This document shows, piece after piece, positions 1-13,277 of a stretch of DNA of 41,666 nucleotides. Position 1 is the stretch's first letter; the number at the start of each line of letters is the position of its first letter. The notes beneath the pieces are model-generated. The model saw only the letters and a program-made list of their open reading frames with translations. It had not been told where the DNA came from and did no database searches. Origin of the DNA: Octopus bimaculoides. Lineage: Eukaryota. The stretch covers positions 104,292,791 to 104,334,456 of the forward strand of contig NC_068981.1 of NCBI RefSeq assembly GCF_001194135.2, written 5' to 3'. Made by a program: the position numbers and the translations under genes.

Positions 1-62
<62 letters not shown>
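1..62. repeat. (TA)n-(GA)n compound microsatellite
   Basis: (TA)15 followed directly by (GA)16. Confidence 0.98.
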
Positions 63-65
<3 letters not shown>

Positions 66-524
66 CACTAGGGTGAGTAGATACATATATACATATTTGT
101 GTGTACGTGTGTGCTTATATGTAAATACACGCTCACATCATCGATTTGTATGCATGTGTTTACATTTGTTATGACAGAGAAATATTGGGACATCCATTTA
201 TACTTACAAATACGTACGCACGCACACACACATTCACACACGCGAAACTGATAAAAAAACAAAACAAAGAACGCAGGCATACAACTAGATTGCAACACAC
301 ATGCAGGCACACACCCACTCACTCACACTCACAGATAGAAACACGTGCACACTCACACCCTCACACGTTTGTATGAAACCAAAACATATACGTATGTGTA
401 ACATATCTGCATTGTAGTGTAATGAATGCCATAAGGCTGCGAATTAATCAAATATTCATGCTGGTCTGTCGCAATCTGCTAATGCATATTTCAAATCATA
501 CACAGTCCAAGACGCATGCCCAGT

Positions 525-595
525 TCTATTATAATTATTGTTTGTTGTTACTCTACTATTATTGTTGTCAACCTTTTTATACTTATTGTTGTTGG

Positions 596-642
<47 letters not shown>

Positions 643-850
643 CATTATTGCTGTTGTCATCTCACTATGGTTATTCTTGCATTGTTTATGTATTTATGTA
701 TTTGTTTATGTATTTCTGTGTTGTTGTTGTTATTATTATTATTGTTATTATTATTGTGCATTGTCATCTTTCTGGTTATGGTCATCATTATTGTGCTTGT
801 TTTTGTTGTTGTTGTTTTCTGTTTTATTGTTGTTGTTGGTGGTGGTGGTA
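525..850. repeat. Imperfect (TAT)n/(TGT)n trinucleotide region
   Basis: Near-perfect TAT run at ~599-642 inside TAT/TGT/GGT low-complexity sequence; source of the poly-I/L/Y ORFs. Confidence 0.95.
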
Positions 851-1289
851 CTGCTGTTTGGTGCTGGTGGAGTTATCCTATCCATCCAATCGCTTCAGCA
901 GAATAAAAATAATGATAAAAATAAAAACAGAAAATAATAAAAAAAAACAAAAAAAAACTAATAATAAAGAAAATATGTAATGAAATAAACCAAATAGAAT
1001 TTGTGACTAGATTTTCCACTCTCTGCTGCATCCCAGTTTCCTCATTCAGATATCGGTCCTTGGTTAAGTGTCGCATCACTGAATCTTCGCAACAGGGGAG
1101 ACGGAATATAGCGATCTGCTAGTCAGGCACGACTCCACTCAACTCACAGTTAAAAGTCCAATTCTCAAATGACAACTCACTTAGCTTTAGTACCAGGACA
1201 CATTTCTCCAAATGAACTCCCCCACTCCTGCTTCTCTCTCTGTCTCTTTCTTTCTGTCTTTCTTTGATGCTCTCTCTCTCTTTCTCTTT

Positions 1290-1620
1290 CTATGTATGTA
1301 TATAAATATGTATGCATATGCAAGTGGAGATACACATACACACACGCTTAAACATAGGCATACATGAACACATGCATATATATGTTCATGTACATATATT
1401 TTGTGTAGATGTGTGTACACGTATTTGTGTATATGAGTAGGTACAGGTGTATGTGCTTATATATGTGTATATCAATGTGTACATTCATATTTATGTATAG
1501 ATGTCTGAGTGTGTATAATTATATATATGTATACACGTGCATACACACATGAACACATATATGTATGTATGTGTATGTATATATAAATATGTGTGTGTAG
1601 ATATGTAGATATGTATTTAT
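1290..1620. repeat. TA/TG/CA low-complexity tract
   Basis: Interleaved TATG, CA and TG units. Confidence 0.9.
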
Positions 1621-1637
1621 TGATACATTTTTTTTAT

Positions 1638-1995
1638 TTTTTACTTGTTTCAAATTATTAGCTGAGGGTCATGCTGGAGCATTGCCTTGAAGGATTTAGT
1701 AGAATAAATCAACCTCGGTACTTCTGTCTTTTTTATATTTAGAGTCTGGGCTTATTCTGTTGGTCTCTTTTGCCAAACTGCTAAGTTACATGGATGTAAA
1801 CAAGCCAACATAAGTTGTCAAGCAAGGGGGAGATAAGTACAAAGACACATACACATATATATATGACAAGCTTCCACACAGTTTCCATCTACCAAATTCA
1901 CTCACAAGGCATTGGTCACAAGAATGCCACACAGTGGGACTGAACCTGAAACCACATACTTGCAAAGTAAGGTTCCTACCTATACAGCCATGCCA
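1638..1995 (-). mobile_element. tRNA-derived SINE, family A, decayed with internal deletion
   Basis: Reverse complement matches the copy at 29926-30329: head (atacagccatgcc, gggactgaacc), body (ctaccaaattcactcacaagg) and tail (ttttacttgtttca). Confidence 0.85.
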
Positions 1996-1999
1996 GTGT

Positions 2000-2199
2000 G
2001 TATCTATATATATGTATATGGATGTGTGTGTGTGTGTGTGTGTGTGCGTATGTGTACATATACACACACATGCATTTATGCATAAGTATATTTACATATA
2101 AATATGTATGTATATAAGTATATACATATATGTATATACACATATACATACATATATATGTATATGTGTGTGTATATATGTATATGCAGGTATATATAG

Positions 2200-2264
<65 letters not shown>

Positions 2265-2676
2265 CGTATATATACATACATGTGTGTATGTATACACACA
2301 CACATATATGTACATAAATATGTATGTATATATGTTTATGCTGGTATTTGTATGTGTGCACATATATATAAATATGAAATCATACCCAAATATGCATACA
2401 CATCTATGTATACCCATATAAGAACACACATTGACTATATAAATGCAAACACACACATGTACACGCACACACACACATAAACACCCATATACATGGGACT
2501 GCGTATGTGTGTATAAAATATATATATATATACACACACACACACATATCTATATACATACACATACATGCATGCATATATATGTATGTATACACACACA
2601 CATATATATCTGTATACATGTACGTACACATACATATACACACATGTATATATGTATGTACACACACACACACATA
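2000..2676. repeat. Compound TA/TG/CA/GA microsatellite block
   Basis: Continuous dinucleotide and TATG-type repeats; source of the [12 protein letters not shown] ORFs. Confidence 0.95.
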
Positions 2677-3504
2677 CCTTTATGTCTCCAACTTTATCTT
2701 TCGCTCTTTTCTGTTCATGGTGGCTGGCTTAATAGGCATTTGCTTCCTCTTCATTTGGGATTTACATTTTACTAAATTACAGTGTCGTTGTCTTTGTGTA
2801 CACGCATGTATGCTTGAGTATGCATACACGTATAGTCTATAGTTGCGGACGTTTGGTGTGTGTGTGTATTTATAGGTAGACAACTGAAGATGTATGCATA
2901 TACAAAAGTGTATACATACATGTGTGGGTGTGTGTGTAGGACATACTCTAGTATTAAGTATGTATAGGCAAACCATTCTTTTCAACTCATTGCTGTTTAT
3001 TAATCATCTGTGGTTAAAAACAACACCTTCGCCACAACCACAACCACCACCACCACCAAACCAGCAACAACAATAACAACAGTAGCAACTAGAACAAGAA
3101 CAAGAGCAGTATTAATAGCTCTAATCCCCTCCCCTTTATCTTTTTACATTTCTACTTAATACAAACCTTTCAGTCCATTAATAAACTGCATTGCAAATGT
3201 CGAAGAACTAATTTCTTTTCCTGCCTGCAATGTTACTTGGTTTGTAACAGTTCGCCAGTCTGATTATGTTGTCTACTAATGTGTTTCAGATCTTAAGACA
3301 CTTTCTCAATTTTTCCTGTGCTGCCAATTTTGTCCTAATGATTGGTCTCTAGTTTCTTAGTTTCTTTGTTTTGTTTTGTTTTTTTCTTTTTTTCATTTAT
3401 TTACTTTTTTCTTTTGCTGCTGCTTTTGTATGCAAAAGTTGTTCTATCACAGCGCAAATGGATATTATTGGTTGGTATTCATCCAGTAGCCTATTAATAA
3501 TGTA

Positions 3505-3546
<42 letters not shown>

Positions 3547-3639
3547 TATACATATACACACAGACACTTATTGCCTATATATTATCGTCATCACTTTTAC
3601 ATCCGGTTGGACAAGATTTCTCCAGCCTGACATCTTGTT

Positions 3640-4210
3640 ACCTGTTGCAGTTCATTGTCGTCTTCATCATGAAGCTCAGATTCCTGAGATCAGCCTTCAT
3701 CATTTCTTCCTATATCTTCCTCTCTACACAAGTTACTTTACTAGAATCACTCAGCACTTCTTTACCCAACTGTCACCTTTTATGCATATCACATGTCCGT
3801 AACACTACTGTATTCTTTGTCTTCTCTCTTGCTCACAACAACAGTTGATTCCTCTTATGCCAAATTTTCCTTTCAGTTCATTTGTGCTCTGTCATTCATG
3901 TACGCTAACATAATACATCCAGCAGAGTATGCTCTCTTCTCTCCTTTCCATTCCTTGCACATTCTTCACATTGAATCCCCATGTTTTGCTGCCATGCAAT
4001 ATCACTTTTCACACACATGACAATTGACTTTTTATTGAAAGAGAGAGAGAAAATGCTTTTATGGCTGGCAGAGTGAACAGCTTCCTGAAGTTTACACACA
4101 TCATTCTTACTTGGGCTCTTATGCTTTCCCAATACTCACCTCCACCCAGTGCTGGTAAGGTCACCTCAGTAATGGAAGCCATCATCTATATCAAGAGTAC
4201 CTTCTAGACG
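3640..4210 (-). mobile_element. Decayed RTE-clade LINE, ORF2 C-terminal fragment
   Basis: Frameshifted minus-strand translation gives VILHGSKTWG, ELKGKFGIRGINC, ERR and YGHVICIKGDSWVKKC, like the RTE motifs LHGSETW and RRLRWYGHV; homologous to 8265-8800. Confidence 0.75.
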
Positions 4211-4347
4211 TTACAAAGAAATCATTCCAGAGGTGTTTTTACTGCACTCAGTGCATATGATCATATATATAGATACACATGATATGCATATGTGTGTGCA
4301 TATGCATGCATGTGTGTGTGCATGCATGGTGTGTGTGTGTGTGTGTG

Positions 4348-4760
4348 AAATCTCTTTTTTGGCATGTGCCAGAGACACTTACTAAGATCTAATTCTCCAT
4401 AAAGTAATTGCTTTGGAAACCTATAAACATCAAGACAGATGACATAACCAACTCACCGCATATGGTATCAGTTCAGGCAAGCTTTTTTTGTAAGACAGTT
4501 CATTTTTTCCAGCACTTTTGTGTCAGGTGCAAAAGAATTTAATTTGATGTTTAATATAAATTTTAGACACTTTTGTTGAAATCTTGAAAGTATTTTGCCA
4601 TATCATTCATGCAAGAAGCCATGTCTCAAATGACTATAGCAGGAATGTGATGATACACACATGTTAGACGCAACGTTTGGGAAACAGTTTTAAGTCCCTA
4701 TTCTTACTAGATTCTGTTTCTACAAACTGTACACCGTTTTGGTGTCTTTTTTGTCAATGG
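4348..4760 (-). mobile_element. Decayed RTE (BovB-like) LINE fragment
   Basis: Minus translation RFQQKCLKFILNIKLNSFAPDTKVLEKMNC...MR*VGYVICLDVYRFPKQLLYGEL...PKKRF matches the BovB-type thumb motif LRWxGHVxRMxDxRLPKQLLYGEL. Confidence 0.8.
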
Positions 4761-6769
4761 TCAGTTGAAAATTTGTGAACATGCTCAACCACCATTCATT
4801 CTCGATTATTGTTGAACCAGTTGAGTGTGAGCTGCATAAAATTCCAGATAAAGCAATAACATGTTATAAATCACAAAGAAAGCCCACATCCTTCAGCTCT
4901 TTCTCTACGACATATTAGTCTATAAGAAAAATATAAAATGTGTTAGCAATATTGTTGGTGCTCCAGTATGGTCACTGCCAGAAAGTTAAAACCTTTAAAG
5001 AATACATCCAGTGTTAATATTTTATTTCCTATCTAATATGAGAAAGAAAGCATCACCCGTAATCATTTTTGACTCTTCACTCTCCTTGGATGGTGAGATC
5101 TGTATCAATAATGTTCAGCTTGAACATCAGTGGATTGATGTCTACAGGGAAAATATGGAGTGGGAGGGTGTTCCAGAGAGGTGTGTTTCGGTTTTGATTT
5201 ACAACTAAGTCTGATGGAGAAAGGAGAGAAAATAAGAGAACTAAAAGGAATTAAGCCAAGTGTATCAAACTTGTTTGGGTGATACACAGCTTATGTGTGC
5301 GAAGAGGAACAGAAATCATTGTTGTAAGATGATAGAAGAGTGAGGACAGTATGTTAAAGTACTAGTGGTTGTAATCTATTAGAGAATGAAAGATTGCTTG
5401 TCAGTCACAGTTGTCGGCTTTGGAACATAGACTAAAATTTTGTACAGCCTCTGCACTCACCCAGAGATACTTTAAGAGAAGTTCCAGTTATTCCCCTCTT
5501 GCTTCAGACTGTAGAATTTAGCACTATATGTCCCAAACACTCCTTTGTGAGTTTTTTTATTGTGTTATTAAAGACTGGGAGAAGGGGAAATTAATTTAAG
5601 AAAACAAGGCATAAATAATGAATGAAGATAGTTTATAAATATTGTTGCTTTTTAGTGTTAGTATTTGATCAAGCTTTCCTGACTAAACATGTCTGATCAT
5701 TCATGATGAATAATATAAACTAGTAAATGTATTCTGAACTTGAAATAAATGTACTCAGTGGTAAATGTCACTTAATCGATATCTTTGAGAAAGAAAAAAG
5801 AAAAAAGAGAATGAAAAACTTTATTAAAGAGGTTTCTTCATTGAGAGTTTAGAGGGAATGGCAATATGAAGCTTTAGGTTTCATGTGTTCTTGCAAAGCT
5901 GTTTCTAGTATAATGAGAGGAAAGCTTAACCATTGATACCATATAATAAATAAACAACTACTTATCATTGATTCATGCATCTGTCACTTGGTAGCTCTAT
6001 AATGAGGACAATAATAGCTAGAATGATTTATATAATTTGTATCTTATTAAGAATTCATAATGATTTCTTACATTGGCCTAAGGCAGCACTCATTTTGATT
6101 GAATCAGTCACAATAATATATGTGATGCCCAACTATGTTTGTGTATAGTATGCAAAATGCAGTTTCCCTCTCAGTCTTGCCAACTGTTTCACTAAAGAGA
6201 TCTAGTAAGACAGGAATATGAGTTACTGTTACCATTTGTCTTTAAAAAGCAATCTCTACTCCAGTTTCCATTGCTTATAATATTCAAAAACTTCAATCAA
6301 CTGATCTTACTGGAATTTAGAAAAAATTTTTTTCTTTTGGTAGGGGGTGGATTTTGAGATATCCTGGGGTGAGTTTTTGTTTAATAATTAATTAGATAAT
6401 CCCAGTTGATTGATGTTTTTTCTATCTACTGTGTTACAGATGTTGGGTCCTACAGTATTTGTATTTAATATGCTAAATGCCCTCATGGAGTATTTTCCTT
6501 CAGCTATAGTGGTGCCTCAGCATGGCTGTCGCCTAGTGACTGAAATGAGTAAAGAGTAAAAGATATAGTCTTTATATTTTACTGGATGATAACTGAAATG
6601 AACCCTACTCAGATTTGAACTCAGAATGTAACTAAATACCTCTTACTAAAAACAGCAGTACAGGTTATTATGAATCATTTAATCAGGCACCCCTACTTCT
6701 TCTGCTGTTCTTCATTCTTGATAATAGGTAGTAATGAGGAAAGATATATTGTCATTTTGTATTGTAAAA

Positions 6770-7050
6770 GAATGATTGGAGGTGAAGGTTAGTTAAATAT
6801 GAATACTGAAAGGACATGAGACAAATAAAAATCACTATGGTCTACTGGATATGCATTCCAAACCTAAAATGATGGACTGAATGAACTAAAATAATAGATT
6901 TGACTAATTAAATATGCATAAGGTTCTTGTTACAAGAGAAACAACTCAGGTGTTGAGAATGGTTAATGAGAAGTGAGTGAGAATGTACTTTAAGGTGGTA
7001 ATCAATCTTAAACAGAATAGAGGTAGATCAAGAATGGTAATTGACTATTA
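6770..7050 (+). mobile_element. Possible very old RTE 3' fragment
   Basis: Weak translation LRMVNEK*VRMYFKVVINLKQNRGRSRM, like the RTE RM...RGRP ending. Confidence 0.3.
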
Positions 7051-7650
7051 CTTTGCATTGAAACAGATGGATGCTTGTGCATAATTTCTTTTGTTATGTA
7101 CAAACTGATACATAGGTAGCATTACTGAGAGGAGAGTGAATAAGTGTTGATTGAGAGTAGGTCATGAAAGAACAGAGAGAAAGAGATGGATGGATGGATA
7201 TTATAACTTCTAGAAAGATGCCAGAGTAAACAGGGCAGGTAATTAAGAGAGTATGGTTGACAAGAGTAGAAGCAATACAGTTCATAAGAAGGCCTGTTTT
7301 TAGATGTATGTAATTAGTTCTTGGTATAACTCATTAGAAAGGAAATAATCTAGGAGGTTTACATATAGTAAAAATCATTAATGATTTTTAGCAAGTGGTC
7401 AGCGCGGAAATAAAACCTCATAAGGTAAATTTTGTAAATATTTTATAATTATATACATAATTATAACAAGGGCTTGGCTTGTGCCTCACCATGCACTGAA
7501 AATAGATGTCAAAAGACACTATTTATGGTGGTAAAAGTATCTTTCAAAACTCCTATTAATAGTCAGTAGGGAGAAAACAGAGGACAAAAAGAGACAGACA
7601 GATTTTTATATAATTATTCATACTTGTTTCTGTCAATTTAGAAATATTAA

Positions 7651-7868
7651 CCCTTTTGTTGCCATATTTCTGTTGACATGTTCTGTGTTTCTTTCAATTT
7701 TAAATATAAGAAAGAATTTTGTAAACTAACTTAGTTATTGTTAAGCTGGTGTTAGGAACATAAATTGTGACTAAGGTTTGGTGGAAGATTTTAATTCAGA
7801 ACACTTGAAAACAAGATATTTGTACTACAGAGCCAGAGGCGGTTTCAGCTGGGTTGGTATCAAAAGGG
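7651..7868. mobile_element. piggyBac-type MITE (family 2)
   Basis: TTAA on both sides (7647-7650, 7869-7872); termini CCCTTTTG...CAAAAGGG are inverted repeats. Confidence 0.85.
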
Positions 7869-8264
7869 TTAAATTAGAGGGTTGCCATTGTTGGGCAAGA
7901 TTGAAATATTTACTATATTCAAGATAGTGCATACATTTTGGATCTTCCATGAATTTGAGAAGACAGCAGAAAAAAGTGAGGGTTATTGTATATCTAATTT
8001 GATCAGGGCAGATATTCCTTTTGGGATAAATGTTTTGAAGGTAACAGTTTTCATGTGACATTGACCTGTAGATATATCAGGCATAGTGAGCAAAAAGCTT
8101 TTTTACTCTGGCAGCTTAAGAAATTATGATATAAGGCCATGATAGCTGAAAAAAGTGCTGTAGTTAAAAGAGTGAAGGAGAAATAGGTGTTGAGAAGATG
8201 AACAGTGGGAACAGCTTGAATGTGGGACATAGACAAAATGAAAGGCTTATATTTTTGCTGAAGT

Positions 8265-9516
8265 ATTTTGGTCTTCTGAAGTGTAGCAAATTGCCAGTCA
8301 TCGTGGTCCTTTACATCTTTCCGTTGAGGTTGATCTTCACTTCATTATCCCATGTCATCTTGAGTCTCCTCCTTCTGCAGGTCCCATCCACATTTATCAA
8401 TCAGCATCTTTTTATGCAGCTGTCCCCTTTCACATAACCATAGCAGCATAGTCTTATACACTACTACATCTGATACCTCTTATGCTCAGTTTTTTTTTTT
8501 TCAATACATTTGTACCTTGTCATATTATGTATATTGACATTGCACATCTAGTGGAACATGGTAGCTTCATTCCTTTCTAGTTTTCACATATCCTCTGCAT
8601 ATGGGCCCATAATTCCATGCCACCAGGTAGTATTGCTTTTCATACACTACTACCATATGATCTGCCTTTCACTCTGAAAGTGATAGAGACCAACCTTTTG
8701 ATTCCAACAGAGGTAATTGCTCTCTGAAGTTCCCTCATACAGATCTTATTCTAGTTACTATGCTTTCAAAATATCCTCCCCCCCCCCACTGATAATTAGG
8801 TCACATAGGTTACAAAAATTATTTATTACTTCTAGCAAACTTCCTGGGCATATGAGAATTTCTACTTCTCTCTGGTTCTTAGTTTTAATTGCTCCTGTAC
8901 ATTTGCCACAGACAAAGTTTACTCTTTCTATTGACTTTCCTGTGATTCCACTGCACCTCTTATTTGTTCATAGTTTGCTCTGGGTACACTGTATAGAATT
9001 TCTACTTACCTCTTTTCTACATAAAAAAGCGCTACCATTTTCCTGATAACATTCTCTCTGTTTTCCTGCTTACTAAAACTTTGGTCTTTGCTAAGTTAAC
9101 ACTGAGGCCCTTTGATTCTAGGTTTTACTTCCACATTAGGAATTTCTTTTCTAATCCTATTAAAGTTTCAGCTATAAAAACAGGATCATCAACATAGAGG
9201 ATTGTTCATGAGCACTGTCTTACACTTCCCTGTTATAGCCTGAAGGTCTATGATAAAAAGGAGGGGGCTGAAATATGAGCTGTGGTGAACCCCTACATGC
9301 ACACTAAATCTTTAGCTGTACTCATTGCCAATTCTCATCTTACTGACAGCACTCCTATACATAACTTGAATGGCTGTCGTCAGTCATTTATTTACACCTA
9401 GCTTCTGCAGTGACCAGGATATGAGGGAGTGCAGGACTTTATCAACGGCTTTCTCCAAGTCAATGAATGCCAAATACAGTAGTTTACTTTTGGTTAAGTA
9501 CTTCTCTTACATTTGC
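8265..9516 (-). pseudogene. 5'-truncated RTE-clade LINE, decayed reverse transcriptase
   Basis: Minus translation EKYLTKSKLLYLAFIDLEKAVDKV...VGVHHSSYFSPLLFII...LYVDD (YVDD at 9185-9196)...LESKGLSVNLAKTKVL; several stops and frameshifts. Confidence 0.92.
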
Positions 9517-11340
9517 TGGTGGTGGCAGTGGTGATGATGTTTATTCCTCAGGGTTTCTTTTTTTGTTTGTTCTTTATTCTCTTCTCTTTCAGTTTTTCCC
9601 TCAATTAACATGTCACAACTTCTGCCTTCATCTCTCCTTCTCTATCCATCTTGCCTGCCATTCACTGTTGTCACTATCCTTTCAATAACAAGACATCTAC
9701 AATTTTCATTTCTCAATAACCCTTGGATTTTCCATAGGTTTTGCTCACATGTAGAGAACGATCGTTTTTTTTTTTGTTTTTTGTTTTTGTGAGTCTGTTT
9801 TACCCCTACAATTATTTTCCCTTCTTTCAGCATTTCTTGTTTTCTCTGCATCTCTTTCTTCTTCAGTTTCTCTTCTTTCTTTATCTTCTTTTGTTGGTGT
9901 CTCAGTGCCTGTCGTGGCACTAAACTAAACTAGGTATAGTAAAGCCAGAAAATACTACTGGTTTCATAATGCGTGATGCAGATTGTCTTCAGCTGACATT
10001 TTGTGGCATCTCGAATTCACTCAAAGCACTACTTTTGATACAATTTGTATTTTGTTGTAAGCAGTGTCTAACACAGACACTTACACAGGTACACTCCACA
10101 ATGAGCTGACACAGTTATGTGCCACAATGAGCTTGCCCCTTCATGAACTTTTACATGTTATCTCTTCCTTCCTTAGGGTTTTTTTCATTTTCAGCTTTTC
10201 TTCCTCGTTGAGTTTTCCTTTCTCACTCTGTTTCTATTTCTATTTTATAATCAGTTTTCATTTCTATGTCACGAATAACACAAACTGTCTCCAGCACAGG
10301 AGCAAATCTGGTGGCATTATTTGGTTTCAATCTGCATCAGGTACACATACATTTCTTTGGAAACTATATTTTCTTTATGTGGCATAATTTCAGTTGTCTT
10401 GTAGATTGAATCAAGACCAACAGAATATATTTTCTTTGTAAGAAACGATAAGCCAGATGCTCTCTCTGACTGAATCTACCTTCTGATGACAATGACAATG
10501 ATAGTGACTCAGAAAATATTTACATTATTGACAACGAATCTGGAGATTCGTGAGGTAACAAAATCAACACCATATTTTCTAATTCAAACAATACACAAAT
10601 TCCAATTAGAGAGTGTGAAGAAAGAACAATGTAGTTATATATTTGTATGTAAATTAGTTAAAACCAGACAAATATGTAGATTAGTTTAACTGTTTTGTTC
10701 TCAGATTTCCATTGAAATATACTGTCTAGCTTTCAATAAATTTAGAATATAATGAATTCAGTAAAATAACTTAGACATTGTTTAGTTGCCTTCTAAATAT
10801 ATAACGATAAAATCTTGATTGAAAGTTTATTATACACCTTTTGAATAAAGGAAAATTGTATCACAGAGCTAGGTGGTTCCTGGTTGGTTTATTTCAAAAA
10901 CATAAAAAAATCAATAAAATAAGAAGACATATGCATATCAATTAGCAGTAGCAATTCTAAATACATTAGAATTGAAGGGAGTAAAATATTTCAAGTCTTT
11001 TTAACAACACCAGGATGTCATATTCGTCTCCTCACACTATTTCTAATTGGTTACATATACATACATATATCTATATGTATGTATTTTATATATGTATATA
11101 TATATATTTATATATTTGACTAAGGTATCTTTAACCTGATGAGTAGCTAGTGGAGTACCCCTCATTAAGCAATTACTACCTTTGGTTCTGCTAGCTAGAA
11201 AATATATGTAACCTGGAATTTACCTACTTGTGAAATTTACATGCAAGTGGCTGAGCACTCCACAGGCATGCATAATTGAGTTAAAAGTCTATGAGCTTAT
11301 AATTGCCCTTTGGATGACATTTGGTTCTGTTACATCAAAT

Positions 11341-11566
11341 GACTAGCATTCTGTCGGCTATGATGATGAGTGTTTGGTTGATCCAATCAATAGAGCAGCT
11401 TGCTTCTGAAAATAATGTGCTAGTGGCTGAATGCTCCATAGACACGTGGACTGGAGCAACATGAAATAAGGTGTCTTGCTCAAGGACACAACATGCTGTC
11501 TGGAATTGAACTCATGACCCTACGATCTTGAACCAAATATCTCAACCACTAAGCCATGTGCTTTCA
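11341..11566 (-). mobile_element. tRNA-derived SINE, family C, with TSD
   Basis: Minus-strand head ggcttagtggtt...gagttcaattcc (A/B boxes), then gtgtccttgagcaagacac; perfect 13-bp TSD tgttacatcaaat at 11328-11340 and 11567-11579. Confidence 0.88.
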
Positions 11567-11682
11567 TGTTACATCAAATATCTCACCATTGTTAAGCCAT
11601 GATGTTGATGGTCAGTTGAGATTCTTGCTTCCTGGTCATATTTGTTCAATTTGTGCTTCATTTTCTTTCTTTTTTTTTTTTT

Positions 11683-11692
11683 NNNNNNNNNN
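11683..11692. other. Assembly gap
   Basis: 10 N between a T run and an A run. Confidence 1.
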
Positions 11693-12434
11693 AAAAAAAA
11701 AAAAAAAATAGAAGATAAAATTTTTAATTTAATTTTCCAAAACTGAAAATTGTATTCTTCGCTGTGTACCAGTTTGAAAATGATTTTTCATAAGTGCACA
11801 AATATATATTCATAATATTCATATCTATTCTGTCTGCCTCTCTCTCTCCCCTCTCTCTCTCTCTCCTTCTCTTTCTCTCTATCTGTCTGTATACATGTGT
11901 GTATAAATATAAGCATAAGCTGATATATATTTGTGTGTGTGTGTGTGTACACTCATTCATGCTCACACACACACACACATACACTCACACATTTTAATTG
12001 GTAGATGTTGCAAAAGGACTCAAATGCCTAACATTTATCAAGTGAAACTCTCAGGCCTCAAGCCACTTTGCAATTTCTGCCAGTATGATATATATCTGAG
12101 TATGTGTATATACATATACACGTGTGTGTATGTACGTACACACACACACACTCACACATACACACACAGTCATGTTTTGTGCTTTATCTATCCTGTTTGT
12201 ACTACCAAACCTTTTATATAATGTATAAAATATACAAATGCTTTGTGTGCACATTTCTTTAAATGTGCATGTGTATGTGTTTACATTTGTGTGACTATTT
12301 AAATACATTTGTGTGTCTTCCGGAGATTATAATATCTTACTCTAAGATTTGCCAACTTATTGATTAGTCACATACTGTTATTGTCTTTATTATTCATGGT
12401 TTGTGATATACACTATTATTTATTATTAAAAGAA

Positions 12435-12478
<44 letters not shown>

Positions 12479-12482
12479 CATC
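12435..12482. repeat. (ATT)n microsatellite
   Basis: Perfect ATT run ending in ATC units. Confidence 0.97.
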
Positions 12483-12673
12483 ATCTCTTTGTTTATTATT
12501 TGTTAGATTAAAGTGCTGAAATGTTTGTAAATCTTTCTCACTTTACTCCTTATCTTTAGTCACCTTTATGTTTTGCATTAGGCTCCAACAGATTGAATTT
12601 TTGTCTTGAGTTTTAATGCTACCACTCGTGATAATACTATTAAATCATGTGATGATGATAATCCCATATGTAT

Positions 12674-13010
12674 GGGTGCAAGTATGGTTGTGTGGTTATG
12701 AAGTTTTGCTTTGCAACCATGTTGTTCTGGGTTTGATTTCACTGCTTGGCACCAATCTTTGACTGAAGATTCAAGTTGATCAATACCTTGCTAGCGAAAT
12801 TCGGTAGATGGAAACAGTGCAAAAGCCATAATAAATATGCATGTGTGCGTGTGCATAAATGCTTGTGATTTTGAAAGTATCAGTACCTTTATGTCAATAA
12901 AAATAAGTTCACTTCTCAATCAAATATAGACCAATGAAATAATTGCTAGTTCATCATAAGTACTGGTGTTAATATGATCAAGATAATACCCCAGCATGGC
13001 CTCAGTCCCA
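12674..13010 (+). mobile_element. SINE family A, strongly decayed
   Basis: Head ggtgcaagtatggttgtgtgg, body cggtagatggaaac, tail ccccagcatggcctcagtc. Confidence 0.6.
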
Positions 13011-13034
13011 TAACTTAATTTTTTATTCTTCGCA

Positions 13035-13277
13035 TACTGTTAGCATGTGCATTGGGTAACAAGATATCTCCAATAATCCTAGTCTTGAGCAGAGTCACCT
13101 GCATCTTCCCAGGTGATGCTAAGTTGCTTCAGATCTTTTATGAAGGTGGTGTGCCATGTCTTTTGGGGTCCTCTCTCTTTATATGTCTCTCTGGTGATAC
13201 CCATTGTATAACTGTTTTGGGTTTTCACTTTGCTGGCAGTTGAAAAACATGACTTGCAAGTGTCCTTCTGCACAGTT
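13035..13277 (-). mobile_element. RTE LINE 3' end, copy 1 of tandem pair
   Basis: Minus translation RGPQKTWHTTFIKDLKQLSITWEDA, the RTE RGRPKKTW...DLxxLxIxWE ending. Confidence 0.8.

Noticed and set aside
68-2985. Many 60-170 aa ORFs rich in I, L, Y, C, H or T
   Set aside because: They are translations of TA/TG/CA/TAT microsatellites and are open on both strands simply because the motifs lack stops.
5011-5287. 65-aa ORF with ordinary composition
   Set aside because: No recognisable motif or clear splice pair; purine-rich like neighbouring decayed repeats.
11660-11709. poly-T / N10 / poly-A apparent hairpin
   Set aside because: It spans an assembly gap and is most likely a contig-joining artefact.
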